DNA from: Pseudomonadota bacterium
GTDB taxonomy: Bacteria; Myxococcota_A; UBA796; CAJQPC01
Length of the DNA: 64,000 bases
NCBI GenBank assembly: GCA_024228935.1
Contig: JAAESX010000032.1
Location: 25,043-89,042 of the forward strand
Direction of reading: 5' to 3'
The translations under genes and the position numbers were made by a program. Below, piece after piece: positions 50,295 to 58,553 of this stretch. The notes under the pieces are model-generated. The model searched no databases, was not told where the DNA came from, and saw only the letters and a program-made list of their open reading frames with translations. Within the stretch, counting starts at the first letter, position 1. The number at the start of each line of letters is the position of its first letter.

Positions 50295-52202
50295 TCAGGG
50301 CGCCTCGCACACGTAGTAGGACGATGTGCTGCACGTGGCGTCGTTCCAGTACCCGCCGGACCAACGGTTCAGCTCGGTGCAGTCCTCGCCCGTGCTCCAG
50401 TCGTTGGGCTCGCCGCTGTACCAGTTCGTGTAGGTCGAAGACGAGCCGCTGTCCCAGACCCAGGTGTTCTCGGTGGTGCGATCGTTCAGACCGATCCACC
50501 ACTTCCCGGTCGAGTAGCCGTCGACGGTCGTGTCGAGCCAGCTGTTCTCGGTGGCGTCGTCGATGGTGGCGAGCGAGTAGCCGTACGTCGCACAGTTCGA
50601 TGAAGCGGTCGTCCAGGCCGCCGCCGAGGTGCACACCATGTAGGTGCTCGAGCCGCTGTCCACGACATCGCACGGACACACGCTGCTGTCGTCGATGTCG
50701 CCGTCACAGTCGTTGTCCACGGCATCGCACGCCTCGGTCGCGCCGGGGTTGATGGTGCCGTCGCCGTCGTCGCAGTCGTCCGAGGTGTCCGAGTACCCGG
50801 AGGGCTCGTCGCAGGCCGACACCGTGGTGCTCGACGCGTCGCCGTAGCCGTCGGAGTCGCTGTCGACGTACCAGGTGGTCGGGTCGAGCGCGCCCTCGTC
50901 GACGGCGCCGTCGCAGTCCTCGTCGACGCCGTCGCAGTACTCGTCCGCGCCCGGATGGATGTCGCCATCGGTGTCGTCGCAGTCGGTCGTGTCGGTGGTG
51001 GTGCCGCTCGGCTGGTCACAGGCCGCGTTGGCCGCGCTCGCGTCGCCGTACCCATCGTTGTCGTCGTCGTCGTACCAGGTGCCCATGTCCAGGGCGTCGT
51101 TGTCGGCGGTGCCGTCGCAGTCCTCGTCGACGCCGTCGCAGTACTCGTCGGCGCCCGGATGGATGTCGCCATCGGTGTCGTCGCAGTCCGTCGCGTCGGC
51201 CTCCGTGTTCGACGGCTGGTCCCAGCTCTCGGTGCTGGCGCTCGCGTCGCCGTATCCGTCGCTGTCGTCGTCGTCGTACCAGGTGCCCACGTCCAGCGCG
51301 TCCTCGTCCACGCTCCCGTCGCAGTCCTCGTCGACGCCGTCGCAGTACTCGTCGGCGCCTGGGTGGATGTCCCCGTCCGTGTCGTCGCAGTCCGAGCTGT
51401 CGGCCACGGTCCCGGTGGGCTGTTCGCAAGACACGCTGCCCGTTCCGGCGCCGTACCCGTCGCTGTCGTCGTCGTCGTACCAGGCGTCCCCGAGCGTGAT
51501 GTCGGCGGTTGTGTCGTCGCAGTCGTCGTCGTTCTCGACGAACCCGGTGGGCTGCTCGCAGGCCAGCGTCTGGTGCGCGTAGTCGCCGTAGGTGTCCTCA
51601 TCGACGTCGGCGTACCAGGCGTCCGCGGTGGACGTGTCCAGGTCGTCGTCCGCGTCGTCGATGGCGCCGTCGCAGTCGTTGTCCTCTTCGTCGCAGATCT
51701 CGTCGGCGTCGGGGTTCACGTCCGCGTCGCCGTCGTCGCAGTCCTCGCAGGCGGCCCAGCCGTCGCCATCGGCATCGGCGTACCCGGTGCTGCCGTCGCA
51801 GTTGCGGTCCTCGTCCACGGCGCAGTCTTCCGGCGCGCCCGGGTGCCACTCGGGGTCCGCGTCGTCGCAGTCGCCGTCGAGGGTCACCGAGCCGCTCACG
51901 TCCTCGCACGAGCGCAGGGCCTCCCCATCGCCGTACCCGTCGCCGTCGTCGTCGACCCACCAGTCGGTCCCGTCGGCGGCCTCCTCGTCGACGTCGCCGT
52001 CGCAGTCGTCATCGATGTCGTTGCAGAACTCGACGGCTCCCGGGTGGACCGCGGGGTCCTCGGGCGCGCAGTCGTCGGCGTCGTACCAGCCGTCTCCGTC
52101 CATGTCCGAGGTGTGCACCTCGGGCCGGGAGTCGAAGCCGCCACTCTCGATCGGGTCGTAGTCCTTGTTCCGGCAGCCAGACAGCGCGAGAAGCAGGATC
52201 AC
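50295..52202 (-). CDS. lipoprotein with about eight MopE-type Cys/Asp-rich modules and a C-terminal C-type lectin domain
   Basis: GTG 52202 overlaps the upstream TGA (GTGA) and gives MILLLALSGC. It has repeated D.DGDG(Y/W)..-DCDD.D..I.PGA.E.CDG.D.DCDG modules. The C-terminus WIGLNDRTTENTWVWDSG..YTNWYSGEPNDWSTGEDCTEL..WNDATC..YVCE is a canonical CTLD with EPN and WND motifs. Confidence 0.85.
   Translation of the reverse strand: MILLLALSGCRNKDYDPIESGGFDSRPEVHTSDMDGDGWYDADDCAPEDPAVHPGAVEFCNDIDDDCDGDVDEEAADGTDWWVDDDGDGYGDGEALRSCEDVSGSVTLDGDCDDADPEWHPGAPEDCAVDEDRNCDGSTGYADADGDGWAACEDCDDGDADVNPDADEICDEEDNDCDGAIDDADDDLDTSTADAWYADVDEDTYGDYAHQTLACEQPTGFVENDDDCDDTTADITLGDAWYDDDDSDGYGAGTGSVSCEQPTGTVADSSDCDDTDGDIHPGADEYCDGVDEDCDGSVDEDALDVGTWYDDDDSDGYGDASASTESWDQPSNTEADATDCDDTDGDIHPGADEYCDGVDEDCDGTADNDALDMGTWYDDDDNDGYGDASAANAACDQPSGTTTDTTDCDDTDGDIHPGADEYCDGVDEDCDGAVDEGALDPTTWYVDSDSDGYGDASSTTVSACDEPSGYSDTSDDCDDGDGTINPGATEACDAVDNDCDGDIDDSSVCPCDVVDSGSSTYMVCTSAAAWTTASSNCATYGYSLATIDDATENSWLDTTVDGYSTGKWWIGLNDRTTENTWVWDSGSSSTYTNWYSGEPNDWSTGEDCTELNRWSGGYWNDATCSTSSYYVCEAP
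50874..51482 (-). repeat. three near-identical 204-bp tandem units inside the MopE/CTLD gene
   Basis: The 38-mer ccgtcgcagtcctcgtcgacgccgtcgcagtactcgtc recurs at about 50908, 51112 and 51316 (period 204 bp = 68 aa). The protein units run WYDDDD(S/N)DGYG...DCDDTDGDIHPGADEYCDGVDEDCDG. Confidence 0.85.
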
Positions 52203-52717
52203 TGCCGCACCCCCGTCCCGGTCCATTGCTGCTCACACGGAATCGGCCACGGGAAGATCTGGCAGGCGTCCGGAGACAGCTCGTCCTCGGTCACGAACTC
52301 CGTCGTCATCGTGTAGTCGATCGTGTCCTCGTCCACGAGCGTGCCGCTGATGTGGGCGTTGACCCGCAGGATGCAGGTTCCCTGGTCGAAGGTCAGCGTG
52401 CCGTCCATCTCGACCTGGTCGCCCGTCTGCTGCCCCGTCCAGGGCATCTCCTGGTCCGAGCCAGGGTCGCTCGTGGCCGCCAGGCAGCTGCCATCGCTCA
52501 GGAAATCCATCACCGTGTCTTCACCGACGTGGATGTGGTAGCCCTCGCCTTCGGGGCTCTCGCATTCGTTCTTCTGCGCCTCGGCGATGCCGAAGGCCCA
52601 GAGTCCATCGGACACGGGAGCGTCCGAGGCAGCGCAGTCCGCGATGAGGGGATCGGAGTCTGCGCCGGAGTCGGTCGCGTCGGAGGCCTTGGTACAGGCG
52701 AGAAGGAGCCAGATCAT
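52199..52717 (-). CDS. hypothetical lipoprotein (first gene of the MopE/rSAM operon)
   Basis: The ORF begins MIWLLLAC. It is 172 aa, acidic, with 6 Cys. Its stop overlaps the start of the next gene. Confidence 0.75.
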   Translation of the reverse strand: MIWLLLACTKASDATDSGADSDPLIADCAASDAPVSDGLWAFGIAEAQKNECESPEGEGYHIHVGEDTVMDFLSDGSCLAATSDPGSDQEMPWTGQQTGDQVEMDGTLTFDQGTCILRVNAHISGTLVDEDTIDYTMTTEFVTEDELSPDACQIFPWPIPCEQQWTGTGVRQ

Positions 52718-52786
52718 GTCGCGAACGTACCAGCACCTGACAGGCGCTTCACGCCGATGTGCTCGCGGTCCTCATACATTCCGCCC

Positions 52787-53725
52787 ATGCTCGCCCTGAT
52801 CCTCGCCGCGAACGCGGCCTCTCCCAAGATCGTCAACGGCTCCAAGGAGTCTGAGTTCCCGTCCACCGTCGCCCTGGGCGCGGATCTGGGCGGCTCGATC
52901 TACTCGGCCTGCACCGGCAACCTGATCACCCCGCGGGTCATCCTGACGGCCGGGCACTGCGGCGCCGACATCCCGCCGGACCTGCTGGTCGAGCTCGGGC
53001 GCGCTTTCTTCGGAGCCACGGCGGACGGCGCCGACCACGTCATCGGGTTCGACAGCTACATCCAGCACCCCGACTACGACCTGAACGAGTCCACCGGCAA
53101 GCCCCGGAACGACGTCTCGCTCCTGATCCTGAGCGAGGAGGCGCCCGTCGATCCCACCTGGATCCAGCTGACCGAGCTCGACGACGACGCCATCGGCGAG
53201 GAGGTCATCTCGGTTGGCTTCGGCGCGACCTCGTCCGCGGGCGGCGGCACCGGCACCAAGCGCTCCGCGACGCTGACCGTCGACGACTTCCAGCAGGGCT
53301 TCCTCATCAGCTACAGCGAGTCGAACCCCGACGAGGCCCAGATCTGTTCGGGCGACTCGGGCGGCCCGCAGTTCCACCTCGAGGACGGCGAGTGGGTCCA
53401 GTGGGGCGTGCACAGCTGGGGCGACCAGGACTGCGCCGTGATGTCCGGCAGCACTCGCGTCGGGAAGTACGCCGAGTGGATCCTCGAGGGCGTCGAGCAG
53501 GTCCACGGCACGACGGATCTGTGCGAGATCAACGGCGCCTACGACAACGGCGTCTGCGATGCGCGCTGCCCGCTCGACCCCGACTGCATCATCGACACGG
53601 GCGATGGCTCCGACATCGATGACGAGGACGACGACGAGGACCCCGGCAACTGCGCGGTCGCGCCCGTCGGTCCCGCAGCGCTCCTCGGACTGGTCGGGCT
53701 GCTGCTCCTGCGTCGGCGAAGGTAG
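52787..53725 (+). CDS. trypsin-like (S1) serine protease with MYXO-CTERM-like tail
   Basis: It has the leader MLALILAANAASP, then KIVNG. The catalytic triad context is LTAGHC, NDVSLL and GDSGGP. The C-terminus PGNCAVAPVGPAALLGLVGLLLLRRRR is the sorting tail. ATG 52757 is an alternative start, and the upstream 420 aa of the track ORF are noise. Confidence 0.9.
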   Translation: MLALILAANAASPKIVNGSKESEFPSTVALGADLGGSIYSACTGNLITPRVILTAGHCGADIPPDLLVELGRAFFGATADGADHVIGFDSYIQHPDYDLNESTGKPRNDVSLLILSEEAPVDPTWIQLTELDDDAIGEEVISVGFGATSSAGGGTGTKRSATLTVDDFQQGFLISYSESNPDEAQICSGDSGGPQFHLEDGEWVQWGVHSWGDQDCAVMSGSTRVGKYAEWILEGVEQVHGTTDLCEINGAYDNGVCDARCPLDPDCIIDTGDGSDIDDEDDDEDPGNCAVAPVGPAALLGLVGLLLLRRRR

Positions 53726-53749
53726 CGCCGTCGGGGTTACCGTCTCGAC

Positions 53750-54772
53750 ATGACGTTCTTGCTGCTGCTGTGCTCGATGGCCTTGGCCGTCCCAGGCGAT
53801 GAGCTCCGACGAGGGATCGATCGTCACGTGGTGCTCATCGACGCCGACGGCAGGCAGATCGACTGCGCGCTGGTCGAGGTCGAGGCCGAGCGGCTCATCG
53901 TCCGATTCGAGGACGGCACGCTCGCCCAGGTGCCTCGGAACCAGGTCGTGAACCTGGTCGACCTCGGACCCGCGCCGCCCCCTCCGCCCGTCGAGGCGGA
54001 GCCCGAGCCCGAAGACGACTTCGGCGAGGACGCCCTGGACGACTCGGCCGAGGATGGCTTCGACGTCGACTCCGCCTTGGACGAGCTGCTGATCGGAGAG
54101 GACCTCCCGGGCGATGAACACCCCAGCGCGGAAGGCGAAGGCGGCTCCAGCGACGCCGAAGACGCTCCATCGGCACCCGCCCTCGAGGAGGCGGTGGCCG
54201 TCGATTCGAGCCAGCCCGAGGCCGTCGTCGCGCGGGTCGAGCTGCCTTTGGACGAGCTGGACGACCTGCCCGAGCCGACCGCCGTCGCCGCAGCCGACGA
54301 GGACCCGTTCGATGAGCCCGCCGAGACCGCCGACGAGCCGGCGGTCGAAGAGACTGACGAACCGGGTGAGCCGGCTGTCGCCGACCTCGGCGTCACCGCC
54401 CCGGATGAGTCGCCCCCTGAGCTCGCCCCGGACACCCAGGCCGAGACCGAGCTCTACTACACGGGCCGCGCAGATGGCGCATTGGCCGCGAAGGACGCTG
54501 ATTTTCGCGCCGCCGCGGGCCTGGGCTACGGCCTGGGCTGCACCACAGCGTGCGTCGGATGTGCGGGCGTAACGCTCGGGTATGCGGTGATGGAGCCCAC
54601 CGTTCCAGGCGGCGTCTGGCAGGAGACCGAGGACGTCTACCAGCAGGGCTACATCCAGGCGTACCGCGACAGCTACCAGCGGGAAGCGGCCAAGCGCGCC
54701 TTCATCGGCGGCACCCTGGGCACCGTGACCTTCGCCATCGTCGCGACTGTCACTGTGTCACAGCTCCTGTAA
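53750..54772 (+). CDS. hypothetical protein: signal peptide, long acidic Pro/Glu/Asp linker, C-terminal membrane segments
   Basis: It reads MTFLLLLCSMALAVPG.., followed by a low-complexity acidic centre. The C-terminus AAGLGYGLGCTTACVGCAGVTLGYAV and FIGGTLGTVTFAIVATVTV is hydrophobic. Confidence 0.65.
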   Translation: MTFLLLLCSMALAVPGDELRRGIDRHVVLIDADGRQIDCALVEVEAERLIVRFEDGTLAQVPRNQVVNLVDLGPAPPPPPVEAEPEPEDDFGEDALDDSAEDGFDVDSALDELLIGEDLPGDEHPSAEGEGGSSDAEDAPSAPALEEAVAVDSSQPEAVVARVELPLDELDDLPEPTAVAAADEDPFDEPAETADEPAVEETDEPGEPAVADLGVTAPDESPPELAPDTQAETELYYTGRADGALAAKDADFRAAAGLGYGLGCTTACVGCAGVTLGYAVMEPTVPGGVWQETEDVYQQGYIQAYRDSYQREAAKRAFIGGTLGTVTFAIVATVTVSQLL

Positions 54773-54822
54773 GAGGCGGCCCAGCCTTACTTCGCGCCCG
54801 AAGTCGTGCTACATCCTGGGGG

Positions 54823-55179
54823 ATGACGCACCAGCAACGCTCTTCACGAATGCGTATGCGCGCCCGGGTGCACCGGGACGGGCCGGACCGGTTCTTCATG
54901 GGCCTGTCCGAGAACATCTCGCTGGGTGGCGTGTTCATCGAGAGCCTCTGCCCGCCCGAGGTCGGCGAGCGCATCGCTCTGGTCGTCGGCCCCGAGTCCC
55001 GACCGCTGCGCGTGGACGGGGTCGTGCGCTGGCATCGGGTCGATCAGGAGGGCAACCTGACGGGCTGCGGGGTCCAGTTCCAGCACCTGGACACCTCGCG
55101 CCAACAGGCCCTTCGGACGTTCATGGACGACGCTCCGCATGACCCGCTCCTGTGGGCGACGATCGACGAGCCGGTCTAG
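54823..55179 (+). CDS. PilZ domain protein (c-di-GMP receptor type)
   Basis: From ATG 54823 it reads RMRMRARV (RxxxR), followed 20 aa later by SENISLGGVFIE ([DN]xSxxG), the two halves of the PilZ c-di-GMP binding signature. 118 aa. Confidence 0.8.
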   Translation: MTHQQRSSRMRMRARVHRDGPDRFFMGLSENISLGGVFIESLCPPEVGERIALVVGPESRPLRVDGVVRWHRVDQEGNLTGCGVQFQHLDTSRQQALRTFMDDAPHDPLLWATIDEPV

Positions 55180-55275
55180 CAACGGGACCCAGTCGTAGGC
55201 TCCGCGATCGAGGACTTCGCGGCCATCCTGGGCGGGCTCTCGACATGCCAGCTCAACGTCGCGATCAACGCCTGG

Positions 55276-56856
55276 TCAGGGTGAGAGCAGGTAGACCTCG
55301 CCTCGGCCGTCCTGGGCGTCCGCGTCCCCGACCGCGATCTGGTCGCCGAACCCCTCGATGGTGTCGACTCCCTCGAAGCCTCCGATCCAGGCGGACTCCG
55401 CGTCGGCAAGCCGGGAGGTCCCGGCCTCATAGACGGTCTGTGCGTCGAACAGGAAGACCGAGTTCTGGCGGTCCTGGTCCGCGTCGGCCCACTGACCGAA
55501 GACCATCAGTCGGCCGTCGTCCGCGGCGATGACGTCGCCGACCAGCTGGGTCCAGGGGCCCCCTTCGCCCGCGTAGCGGCTCTCGATTCTCGCCGCGGCG
55601 TCATCGACCCAGTGGTTCAGCGTGTCCCCGCCCGCCACGTCGAAGCCCGAGTAGATCAGCACGACGCCGGTCTCGGTCACCAGCGCCAGCTCCTCGGCGT
55701 CGTCTCCGTCCAGATCGCCGAGCACGGCGACGTCCCACCTCAGCGGGTCGTCCAGGTTGCCGTAGATGCCGCGAGTCCGGTCCGTGTCGTGCGTCTCGGC
55801 CTCGGCCAGTGGGCCGCCCTCGTACAGGATGACCGCCCCCTGCAGCGGGCCGCCCGAGTACCGGGCCGATGGCACGATCAGGTCGTCGTAGCCGTCGCCA
55901 TCGAGATCGCCGAACGTGCCGTCCTCGGCCCCGATGGCGTAGTCCCAGGTGCGGTCGCCGATGAACTTCTGGGTGGGGTCGTAGTAGCCCCATGCCCCCG
56001 GGAACAGGTAGAACGCGCCGGCCCCGGAGCCTCCGTCGTCGTCCTCGGGGGCGCCGACCACCAGGTCGTCCAGGCCGTCGCCGTCGAAGTCGCCGCCGGT
56101 GAACATCGTCTGCCCGAATCCGCCGCCGTCCTGGTCGGGCCTGGCCTCCCAGGCCGGGCCTGGCGGCACGGGGTCCTCGGCCCCCCACCCGTCGGACTCG
56201 AGCAGGTAGATCTCCTCGGACGTGGCGTCGGCCATCACGACGTCGCCCAACCCGTCCCCGTCGCGGTCGGTGACAAGGATGGCCTCGATCAGCGCCGCGT
56301 TCTCGCCGAAACTCAACGCCGCATCGCGGTACATCAGCGTGCCCGACACGGGCCCCCGGAACAGGTACGCCAGGTCGTCGTCGTCGCCCGTCGACCAGTC
56401 CTGGATCAGGAGCTCGGGCTCGCCGTCGCCGTCCTGGTCCAGCACCGAGATGTGGTCGCCGATGCCCGCGTCCGCGCCGCCGATCACCACCGCGACCGCG
56501 TCCGAGGTGTCCAGCCGCGCAAACGCGGGCGCCTCCTCGCAGCCGTCCTCGGCCTCGTCGACGTCCCCGTCGCAGTCGTTGTCGACGGCGTCCCCGCACT
56601 CCTCGTCGGCCTCGGGGCCGATCTCCGCGTCCTCGTCGTCGCAGTCGCCGCCGACGATCACGGCTCCGACGATGGGCTCGCAGCTCTCGGTCGGCAGGTC
56701 CTGGTCGCCGTAGCCGTCCCCGTCCTCGTCCGGGAAGTACGTCGTGTGCAAACACCCGGTGTCCTCGATCTCGCTGTCCACGACGGCCGGCGTGCTGTCG
56801 TCGGTCTGGTCTGGGACCTCGACGGAGCCCTTGGTGCAGGCGAAGAGCCAGATCAT
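55276..56856 (-). CDS. FG-GAP/VCBS-repeat (integrin-alpha-like beta-propeller) lipoprotein with N-terminal MopE-type module
   Basis: ATG 56856 overlaps the upstream TGA (ATGA) and gives the leader MIWLFAC. It has the N-terminal module DEDGDGYGD..GGDCDDEDAEIGPEADEECGDAVDNDCDG, then repeated GDxDGDGxxDLxVG and FG..... units. The upstream 293 aa of the track ORF are noise. Confidence 0.85.
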   Translation of the reverse strand: MIWLFACTKGSVEVPDQTDDSTPAVVDSEIEDTGCLHTTYFPDEDGDGYGDQDLPTESCEPIVGAVIVGGDCDDEDAEIGPEADEECGDAVDNDCDGDVDEAEDGCEEAPAFARLDTSDAVAVVIGGADAGIGDHISVLDQDGDGEPELLIQDWSTGDDDDLAYLFRGPVSGTLMYRDAALSFGENAALIEAILVTDRDGDGLGDVVMADATSEEIYLLESDGWGAEDPVPPGPAWEARPDQDGGGFGQTMFTGGDFDGDGLDDLVVGAPEDDDGGSGAGAFYLFPGAWGYYDPTQKFIGDRTWDYAIGAEDGTFGDLDGDGYDDLIVPSARYSGGPLQGAVILYEGGPLAEAETHDTDRTRGIYGNLDDPLRWDVAVLGDLDGDDAEELALVTETGVVLIYSGFDVAGGDTLNHWVDDAAARIESRYAGEGGPWTQLVGDVIAADDGRLMVFGQWADADQDRQNSVFLFDAQTVYEAGTSRLADAESAWIGGFEGVDTIEGFGDQIAVGDADAQDGRGEVYLLSP

Positions 56857-58505
56857 GGGGAGAGCACCGTGAGCGCGCCGCTGCTGTCGTTGCTGTCGTC
56901 GGTGCCCACGAGGATGTCGGTCCGCCCATCGCCGTCGAAGTCGCCGAAGTCGGCCATGAAGGTGATGTGCTCGTCGCTGTTCCAGACCCGGTCGGCGTCG
57001 AGTGCCCGCACCGCGCCGCCGTTCCAGATGGACTCGACGTCGAACAGGAAGACCGCCTTCTGCACTTCCTCGTCTGGCAGCGTGTAGGACCCGGCGATGG
57101 CCAGGTCGATGCTGCCCTCGGCCGTCGCACCCTGGACCAGCGTCGGATGGCGGTAGAGCGAGGCGCTCCAGGGCCCGCCTTCGCCCGCATCGCGCGGCTC
57201 GATGGCCGGGTCCTCGTCGGCCAGGCGGGTCGTCGAGCCCCAGTCTCCCTCGGTGACCTCGGCCCCCGAGAAGAGATAGACCCCGCCCTCGCTCGTGACG
57301 GCGAGCTCCTGGGCGCCATCCCCGTCGAGGTCCGGCAGCGGCTCGATGATGTACTGATCGAGGGGCGCGTCCTCGTCGCCGAGGATCTTGTTGCAGAACA
57401 AGAGGCCCTCGTAGCTCTCGTCGTGTTGCATCAGGCGCGAACCCTCCTCGATGCAGACCGCCCCGCGGTTGGCACCCAGCCCGTTGCCGTAGGGGGCCCC
57501 GCCGATGACGAGGTCGTCGTAGCCATCGCCGTCGAAGTCCCCGAAGGCCCCGTTGGCACCGACCCGGTAGTCCGAGTCGTAGTCGCCGAGGATCTTTGTG
57601 ACCGGGGCGGTCCAACTCCACGTCTCGAAGTAGATCGTGATCGCGCCGGTATTCACCCCGGCGTCCCGGTCGTAGATGTCGCCGATCGCCAGCTCCTCGG
57701 AGCCGTCCCCGTCGACGTCGCCGCCAACCGCCATCCAATACATGCCGTGGCCCGCGCCCCAGTCGCCGATGGGCCGACCGACCGACGACGTCGTCAGCTC
57801 GATCTCCCTCTGGTCCCAGTCACCGGACATGGAAAGGTGCATCGGCGGGTAGGTGTCGTCGCTTCCGTAGACCCAGCGCTCGCTGATCAACAGGTCCATC
57901 TCGCCATCCTCGTCCCGGTCGGGGATGAACAGCGCGCTGCCGTAGTCGCCCTCGGCGTCGAAGGTGTGGTTCGACTCGGACATGTAGGTGGTGCCGCCCA
58001 GATCCGCCCCGCTGAAAAAGTAGGCCCGCTCGTCGAACTCGGACTGGGACCGGATGTAGAGCGCGATGTCGTTGACGCCGTCGCCGTCCTGGTCCGCCAC
58101 GGAGGTGAACGGCCCGCCGATCTCGGCGAGGGGAAGGTCGCTCAGGATGGTGGCGAGCGGGTCCTCGAAGGACAAGGTCACGAAGTCCGGCTCCTCCTCG
58201 CAGCCCTCGGCGGCCTCGTCGATCTCCCCGTCGCAGTCGTTGTCGAAGCCGTCGCCGCACTCCTCCTCGATGTCGGGCCCGATCTCGAAGTCGCCGTCGT
58301 CGCAGTCGCCGCTGGCGATCACCGCGCCCGTGATGGGCTCGCAGGACTCGACTGGGTTGTTCTCGTCCCCGTGGCCGTCGCCGTCGACGTCCATGTAGTA
58401 CGTCGTCTCCTCGCAGCCGCTGTCCTCGGGCACCGAGCTGTCGATCGGCTCGGTCTCGTCCGGGAGATCGACCGGGCCGCTTGTGCACGAAAGGAGCAGG
58501 AACAC
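56853..58505 (-). CDS. FG-GAP/VCBS-repeat lipoprotein with N-terminal MopE-type module (tandem paralog)
   Basis: It has the leader MFLLLSC and the same architecture and C-terminal ending (..SGALTVLSP versus ..RGEVYLLSP) as the downstream gene. Confidence 0.85.
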   Translation of the reverse strand: MFLLLSCTSGPVDLPDETEPIDSSVPEDSGCEETTYYMDVDGDGHGDENNPVESCEPITGAVIASGDCDDGDFEIGPDIEEECGDGFDNDCDGEIDEAAEGCEEEPDFVTLSFEDPLATILSDLPLAEIGGPFTSVADQDGDGVNDIALYIRSQSEFDERAYFFSGADLGGTTYMSESNHTFDAEGDYGSALFIPDRDEDGEMDLLISERWVYGSDDTYPPMHLSMSGDWDQREIELTTSSVGRPIGDWGAGHGMYWMAVGGDVDGDGSEELAIGDIYDRDAGVNTGAITIYFETWSWTAPVTKILGDYDSDYRVGANGAFGDFDGDGYDDLVIGGAPYGNGLGANRGAVCIEEGSRLMQHDESYEGLLFCNKILGDEDAPLDQYIIEPLPDLDGDGAQELAVTSEGGVYLFSGAEVTEGDWGSTTRLADEDPAIEPRDAGEGGPWSASLYRHPTLVQGATAEGSIDLAIAGSYTLPDEEVQKAVFLFDVESIWNGGAVRALDADRVWNSDEHITFMADFGDFDGDGRTDILVGTDDSNDSSGALTVLSP

Positions 58506-58553
58506 AGGCCAAACCTACTACAGCGTGGGTCGGTCGGGCGGTAGCATCGGCGG

